NCBI GenBank assembly: GCA_964016885.1
Contig: OZ024741.1
Coordinates: 142,042,001-142,106,000 of the forward strand
Source of the DNA: Eledone cirrhosa
Lineage: Eukaryota
Reading direction: 5' to 3'
Length of the DNA stretch: 64,000 nucleotides
A program made the position numbers and the translations under genes. Below the pieces are notes generated by a model that did no database searches, was not told the origin of the DNA, and saw only the letters and a list, made by a program, of their open reading frames with translations. This document shows, one piece after another, positions 56,591 through 64,000 of the stretch (the first letter of the stretch is position 1; the number at the start of each line of letters is the position of its first letter).

Positions 56591-59500
56591 CTACAGGATG
56601 GTATACAGAGAAGGCCCATTTACACGAGCCATTCTCGCCACTATCACCCACCTTTCATAAAACTGCCTGTGGCCAAGCACCTCTCTCTCCATTCTTATCC
56701 TTCTTCCGAAGTGATATCGGAAGAAGTAGACCAGACTATGGCCAGAGAGGAAGTTGCCTGACCTCAGACCTTTCAATCGTGTCCACCAAACAACCTCTTT
56801 CAACATGGCTATTACGCACAGAAAAACCGCCTTTGCTTCCTTTGTGAAGAGGGGAGGCGGTTTGATTGTCATCACGGACCCGGCGGTCAATTGAATCGGC
56901 GCCACTCGCGACAGCAGTCGTTCGGCGTAGCCCCACAGATCAGCCACGCCCGGACATTGCACCAATGCGGGCGCAACGGTTTCTTCGTGATGCACGCATC
57001 TAGGGCAAATCTTTTTTGAGGGATCCCTGCCCGGGCGCCCGTGTCTGTAGAGCCTCTCTCGAACGGGTAGAGCCCCCCGGTAGCACTGCCAGGCTAGTGA
57101 CTTCTGGAAGTTGTCCATTGGTCCCGGGCCGAAAGTCCTACCGAACAGGCTGGCCAGTTCGTCCTCTTCCATGTCCAGCGACTCTCCAAGGGTGTCATCG
57201 CCCCTGCTAGCCACCAGCCCTCTATAGAATGATGAGGTGGATTCTCCACCGATGGCCTGGCCCGCTTGCCAGAGAGCCCTGAGCGCCTGAGCACACTCAG
57301 TGTGCCAGTCTCCCAGTTTTCCGGATCTTTGCTTGACCCAGGACTGCAGCTCGGTGAGCGAGACGAGTCTCGGAAAGGCTCGTTTCACGAACGGAGCCCA
57401 CACCGGTTGACCAGTGAGGAATACCTGTAGGTGCCGTAGCCTTAATGCGTGCCTACGCATCATCAACCACGGCATCCCCAGCCCTCCTTTCGAAGGTTGT
57501 TGGCAGCAGATGGATCTTCTCACCATAGGAGGACGCTTCTTCCAAAGAAATTGGAAGAGCATGCGTTCCATGGTGGTGAGTGTTTCCTTAGGGCAAGGCA
57601 CGACAGTCAGGCGGTAGTAAGTGACGGACGCTATGTAAATGTTCGCCACCTCCGCCCGGCCTTTTAGGGACAGCTTACACTTGGCCCATTTCTGGGTTAG
57701 TGCAAACACCTTGTTCGTAACCTCGTCCCAGTTCTTTTCCACCTGGAGGTCCGGTCCAAACCAGACCCCAAGCAACTTTACCGAGCCCTCCGTCCAGTGT
57801 CCGACGACACCGTCGGGAGGCATCGGTCTTCCTCTCCACGTTCCGAGTTGCAGCCCGATGGATTTTTCCCGGTTCAGTTTCGCTCCTGACAACCTTTCGT
57901 AATCCTCCAGTAAGGTACCGATCGCCTCGATTTCCGAGTCGGTCGATACCATTACTGTTACGTCATCGGCGTAGGCCGACACCGCTTTGCTCAATCCTGG
58001 TTCGAGGGGGGTACCCTGCAACAACTCTAACTTCCTCAGTAAAGGCTCGAGAGTCAATACGTACAGAAGGGAGGAGAGAGGGCACCCCTGTCGAATGGAT
58101 CGTGTGATTTCGAACGGCTTCGAAAGGTAGCCGTTCACCTTGATCCTAGAACAGATGTGGTTGCTATGTAAGGCAGTGATCCAGCCTCTGAAAACAGGAC
58201 CGAACCCAGCCGCCGCTAGCACCGCATCCAGGTAACCATGGTCGACCCTATTGAAGGCCTTAGACTGATCCAAGTTGATCAGGGCCCCACCGAAGCCGGG
58301 TTTGTTGCCAACCCTCTCTATGATGTATTGCATGAGGTGGAGGTTATCGTGAATGGACCTGGATGGGATAGCACATGTCTGCGCATCTCCCACCAGGCTA
58401 CCCACGACAAGCGCCAACCTCTTTGCTAACACCTTGGCCAAAATCTTTAACTCTGTTTGGGCCGAAAATTATTTATACTATCCCCCTTGTTCTCGTCCTT
58501 CCTCACCAGCGAGACTACGCCCTTGGCCACAGAACAAGGAATTCTCCCGTTCTGCTGCCAATTGCAGTAGACCGCTTCGAGGAGTTCGGAGAAGAAGACC
58601 GGCATTGCTAAATAAAGTTCGTAAGGTATACCATCGAGACCTGGAGATTTGCGTCTGCTGCATTGGCTCAGCGCATCTCTGATCTCATCAGCCGAGATTG
58701 GTCCCTCGCAGGACTCTGCCTCTTCGCTCGAGAGACGCGGCAGGCCGTCGAGGTATGGACCGAAATCCACGTCCCCGCCCGGACCCTCGCCTCCCCCGAA
58801 TAATCGGACAAAGTGCCTTTGAAAGGCCTCGCACATCTGCTTAGGCTCCCAGATCACCCGTCCATCCTCGTCTTGCAACGACCGGATGGTGGATCGATTT
58901 CCACTCTTAGCTTCTGTCACGCGGGCCCAGCCAACGGCTTTGGCCTCCTCATTACCTAGAGCACGTATTTTACTTCGAATGACGCAGCCTTCGTGCTTTG
59001 CATCGAAAAACTGGTTCAAGGCCGTCCTCGATGCCAGCACTCTGGCCACATCTTCGCTCTTCATTGCCTCTTCTAATTTACCTGTTAATTCTTTCTCGTT
59101 TCTATTCCTATCGGCAGCTAACATCTTGCTATAACTTATTGATTCTGTTCTAATCTCTCTTTTGAGAGATGCCCACCATCGGTTGTTGACAATTGCACCC
59201 GTCAACCTCTCCTTAACTAATCTGCTAATTCGGTTTCTGTAAGTCTCTTTTGCCGGTAAAGACAAATTAAGTTTCCAGTAACCGGGACCCTGTTTATGTG
59301 TTTTCTCGAGATTGACTACGCAGGTCACTAATTTGTGATCCGTATAGCCAACCGTGCGCATTTCTGGACAGCTTAATATGTCCCTATCCTTACTTCTAAC
59401 TAAGAATCTATCTAAGTACGATCTAGATTGACCACTGTGGTTTCTCCAAGTCCAGGTAGGCACAGTTGGAAAATCTAGTCGATATCTATCGACTAAGTTA

Positions 59501-60022
59501 AAACGGTCGAGTAACCCCTTGAGGCTGTCACCCCCCCCCCCCCCCTCTATTAGGACATGCTCCTGCATAGTCCCAACGTGCATCTAGGATGTCATTCCAA
59601 TCCCCCGCTAGTAGCAGGGAACGCGACGTTCCCAGAAAAGTCTCTAAACGCTGGAAGAAGTCGGGCCGTTCAGCTCCGAAAGGGGAGTAGACGGCGACCA
59701 GTCTTAAGGCCGCACCTTCACTACTGCCAACGTCTAGCACCAACAAACGACCCTCCGGGTCCGAGTGCACAACCTGTACGGCAAGACCCAGGTGTTTTTG
59801 CAGCAGTACGACAACCCCACCCCCACCTCCAGGTTGACAGAGAGATGCATGCACCTCAAAGTCATCGAAGGTAGGGGCCAGCTGCCGCACGACGCTGATC
59901 CGAGTCTCACAGATAACCATTACATTTATACTACATGACCTGAGGTCATTTAGAAGCTTTGCTTGCTTCCAAGTTGAGCCCAGGCCACGTGCATTCAAAC
60001 ATCCTACTCTTAACACATCCAT
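56591..60022 (-). pseudogene. Tx1 ORF2 (APE-RT), frameshifted
   Basis: Same lesion near 58455 plus an extra frameshift in the poly-C run at 59531-59545. Confidence 0.92.
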
Positions 60023-61971
60023 GTGGGCGGCAGAGCCAAAGGAGAGTGTAGAGACCTACCTTTCTGCTTCCCGGGGTTCGGGTCGCACGACTTCCATGGG
60101 GTCGGGGGTGTTGGGTGAAGGGGTGTCTTGTGGTGGTGTGGGGTCGTCAGTGTGTGGTGGGGTTGGGGTGTTTGGAGTTGTGTTGGGGAGGGGAAGGGGA
60201 GGGGAAAGCTTTTTAGTAGGACGCGGTTCATGGGTTTGACAGAGGGTGGTCCTACGTCCTCCTTAAAATCCTTTTTTAGTTTTTGGTAGAGGTTCATTGG
60301 GATCTTTATTAATTTTAAATGTGGGTAGTTTTCTGAAGAAACAAAGTTTACACCTTCGGTTTGTACCGAAGGATTATTGTTTATGAGTTCATTTAATTTA
60401 TTATTGTTTCTGTTGATGTAAGTATAGTGTAATGTCTTTTTTTCGGATGGTGTGAGTGTTTCGAAGAGGGGAGGGGCAGGTTTGGTTTTGTTTGTTGCTG
60501 GAGGGGTGTTTTGTGTTTTGTTGGATTGTGTTGACATTTGGGTGGGGGTTGTTTGGCCTTGTGTGTTTTGCACATGTTTTCTTTTTTTCCTTTTAATCTG
60601 TCTGAAGGACTCCGTTTCTTCCTCCGAATTCGTTGGGTTATCTTCAGTGTTGGAGGGAAGAGGTATGTTTGCTGGTAATGTTTCCGTGTTGGTTTTCTTT
60701 GTGGGGGAGATGGATGTCACTATGTTAGACTGTGTTGTGTGTTGTGGCTGCGGTGGTTGTGTTGTTTTATTGAGTGAGGGGTTGGGTGGGCCTGTATTTT
60801 GTTTTGGGGGTAATGTGTTGTGACTGTTTGTGTTGTGGTGGTGGTGTAGTTTTACTGAGGGACGGGTTGGGTGGGACTGAGTTTTGTTGTTTGTTTATCT
60901 GTTGTGGTGGTGGTGGTGGTGGAGCTGGTGTTGGTAGCAGGGTTTTCTTTTTGTTGAGTTGGGGATAAGCGGCCTTCAGGTGCCCTCTGCCTGCACAGAT
61001 ATGACAGGACGGCCTTCTCCCCTCCACGCTAATGTTTATATACCCGTGGCCCTCTAATAGGATTCTGTCGGGTATTTGGGCGATGCGTTCAGGCTTCATT
61101 TGCACTACAAGCTCTATACCTGTTCCACTGAACGCATTGCCTGTGGTTTTCCCAATGGAAATCACGTTGTCATTCACTGGATAGATGAAGCCAGCTATGA
61201 GCCAGCAGTAGTCCACATCTGGCATCATTGCATCCAGCCATATGCGTTGAGTTCTTTTACCTATATAAGATGGACAAAAGGTAAAAATTTTCGAACGAAT
61301 CGGTGACAAAGCACATTTTTTTGCCGCCGATTCGTTCTTCATAATAATCGCTAGGCTTCCATACAGTCTGTCTTTTCTTATGAAAGTGGTTTCATTAAGT
61401 ACTTCTGTGAGTACTGTTTTGATTTCTGTTTGAGTTGGCTGTTCAGGTTTTTTAGTAGTGTTGTTGATGGTGCTGAACACGACCGTTCGACTTTCAATGT
61501 CTTTGATGAGTTCTTGAGGCATTTTTACCGATAAAATACCATTCTCTCCTTCACTTATGTATTATTTGGCGTCTGTGATTCTTTGTGCCACATCTGAAAT
61601 ATTTTCAGGTATATATGTCAAAGATTTCTTTGTTGTTTGTGCAAATGAAATCTTGTTGGTGTTGACTTTGTCGTCTGCTTTGCTTTCTGTTATGATGTTG
61701 TTTTCAAATGTTATTTTTGTGTTTGTTGTGTCTTTGTTTGTGGTATTAATATTGTCATGCAATTTTTCAATTTTTTTTTTTTCGTTGTTGGAATCCATGT
61801 CCAGGTTTGTGTTTTCGTCATTTTTCTCCGCAGATTCGTCTGTTTTTATTTTATTTTTTCCTTCCTTCTCTATGACGTTAGTTGGGAAGGAAGGGGGGGG
61901 ACTAAAGCGTGCGAGCTTACAACTCTTACCGCTGTCTCCCCACCACTATTTTCGTTAGCTTCGTTTAACAT
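60010..61971 (-). pseudogene. Tx1 ORF1, disrupted
   Basis: Duplicate of 37200-39160. Confidence 0.75.
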
Positions 61972-62337
61972 TTCTGTCAGACGATTGAAATTTTTTTTTT
62001 GCCACAAAATTTAAAAAAACAGGTTTTTCACCCCTAGGAGGGGTAAAGATGAGCTGACCCACCACCTGACAGTTCAGACGGGGGGTCAAGCTACACAATA
62101 CTATCAAAATTAAAATTGAACTTACAAAATTTCCGCAATAAATTTGAACAAAACTTCTGCGCGAAGTGAATTACATCTACGCTGTAGAACAGACGACAGC
62201 TAGAGTGATACAGAGATAGATAGATAGATATATATATATAGAGAGAGAGAGAAAGACAGAAAGAGAGTGAGAGATGCAAAGAATTATTCATTATATACAC
62301 ATACACTATACACTATATACTACATTTACATACATAT

Positions 62338-62451
<114 letters not shown>

Positions 62452-62492
62452 AGTCGTTCATTGACATAAATTCAATAGCCACCAAAACAGTT

Positions 62493-62571
62493 TCCCCGGT
62501 GGCACAATCGGTTAGCGCGCCGTACTTATAGACAGTACCTTCTTTGTGATAATCACATGATGGGAGATATG
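62493..62571 (+). pseudogene. tRNA-Ile(TAT) 5' exon plus intron, 3' exon deleted
   Basis: Duplicate of 39666-39744. Confidence 0.8.
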
Positions 62572-63089
62572 TGTTTAGCTTTTTTTTGCTACTTTACCCC
62601 TGCAACACCGACCTTTTGACACCAAATTTTGACACGATTAAACTCCACCTACTTATTCACACTAAACACACACTCATCAAAATGCCACTTGGACCATTAC
62701 TATGAATAGTAAAATAATTTTCTAGTTTAATCAAGTGAATTCGATGGAATCCTGACCTGTTAAATACCACTTCAACATTTACCACCACACCTATATAAGA
62801 AGAAAGTTTGATAGAAAATTCATATATGTTCAAACTGATCACAGAAATTTATTATACTTATTCACCAACCAACCAAATTACTTCTCTAAAAACCTAGCAT
62901 TTCGAGCCACTTTTTTTCCATATAAAACAGAAGTAACATTCAAACACCAACCAGATGTGAGAAAAACCACAAACCCTCCAACTCAATTCTACTTTTGAAA
63001 AGCACAAGAACTGCGAAACCGGTAAAGGAACCAAATAGATATATTTAAAAAAAAAAGATCCCAGTTGCATTTTTGATTTCATTTTTTTC

Positions 63090-63173
<84 letters not shown>

Positions 63174-63180
63174 GTATATA

Positions 63181-63291
<111 letters not shown>

Positions 63292-63764
63292 ATAGTTAAA
63301 AGAATAGAGGTGTAACACACAAGTTATTATATATTGGTAAACGGAATAGAAAGTGCTGACAAATTGTTCACAGTTGAAAAATGGTTTAATTAGGAATAAA
63401 ACAGTATTAGTAATTGTATGGGTTAGTATTCAGTTGTGGTTTTAAGTTTTTAAGTTTTTACCGGTTGCGCATTTCTAAATGCTTTTCAAAATAATTTTGA
63501 GATAGAGTGTCCGTATTGTTTGCTCTGATCTGATTAGTTTTGGAAATTCTACCTGTTTTTATGTTAAAAAAGTGGCCCCAGCGCTACTTTGGTGTTGCAA
63601 AAATTCTTGTGGTCAAAACAATTTTGATTGGTCGGTAGAGGTCATGTGAATGTAAAAAATTGATTTTGCGCCAAGACTGTTTTTATGTTAAAAAAGTGGC
63701 TCCAGCGCTACTTGGTGTTTGATTTTGCGCCAAGACTGAGAAATGACTCCTTCACAACAAATAT

Positions 63765-63805
<41 letters not shown>

Positions 63806-64000
63806 TGTATATAGCAGAGTAATTCGTGGTAGCAGGGATGGTCAGTAGGAATGTGTCTGTAAGCAGTGGGGGGTATTTTAGCATGTCAAAAGATATTTTT
63901 CAGCTTTTGTCTTATACGGAGAAGTGTGTGTGTGTGTGTATAAGTCTCTTTGTATGTTAATGTACGCGTGTGTATGTGTGTGTGTTACCACAAATTACTC

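Larger units (their letters stand above)
56374..62207 (-). mobile_element. Full-length L1-Tx1 element, duplicate copy
   Basis: Offset of about 22.8 kb from the first copy; same TSD at 56355-56373 and 62208-62226. Confidence 0.92.

Overview
Eukaryotic, AT-rich, microsatellite-dense DNA with no recognisable host protein-coding gene. The SINE types and (TA)n/(CA)n/(GA)n load suggest an octopus/cephalopod genome (inference). The window is about 3.5 copies of a 15-23 kb tandem segmental duplication. Each unit carries several intron-containing tRNA-Ile(UAU) genes or pseudogenes (about 19 copies or halves in total) plus decayed Ty3/gypsy, RTE, CRE-type, Helitron and SINE fragments. The last two units carry a full-length but disabled 5.8 kb L1-Tx1 retrotransposon with a 19-bp target-site duplication, about 270 bp upstream of a tRNA copy. 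The most striking feature is RNA-level: an apparently identical 310-bp tandem array (53701-55930) in which each unit holds a minimal type I hammerhead ribozyme motif (retrozyme-like), arranged as two divergent inverted blocks in a (TA)n tract. At least four other hammerhead-like families occur, three with a compensatory U3-A8 core, and one lies next to a Penelope GIY-YIG endonuclease fragment. All calls were made by eye and no ribozyme activity or database match has been tested.
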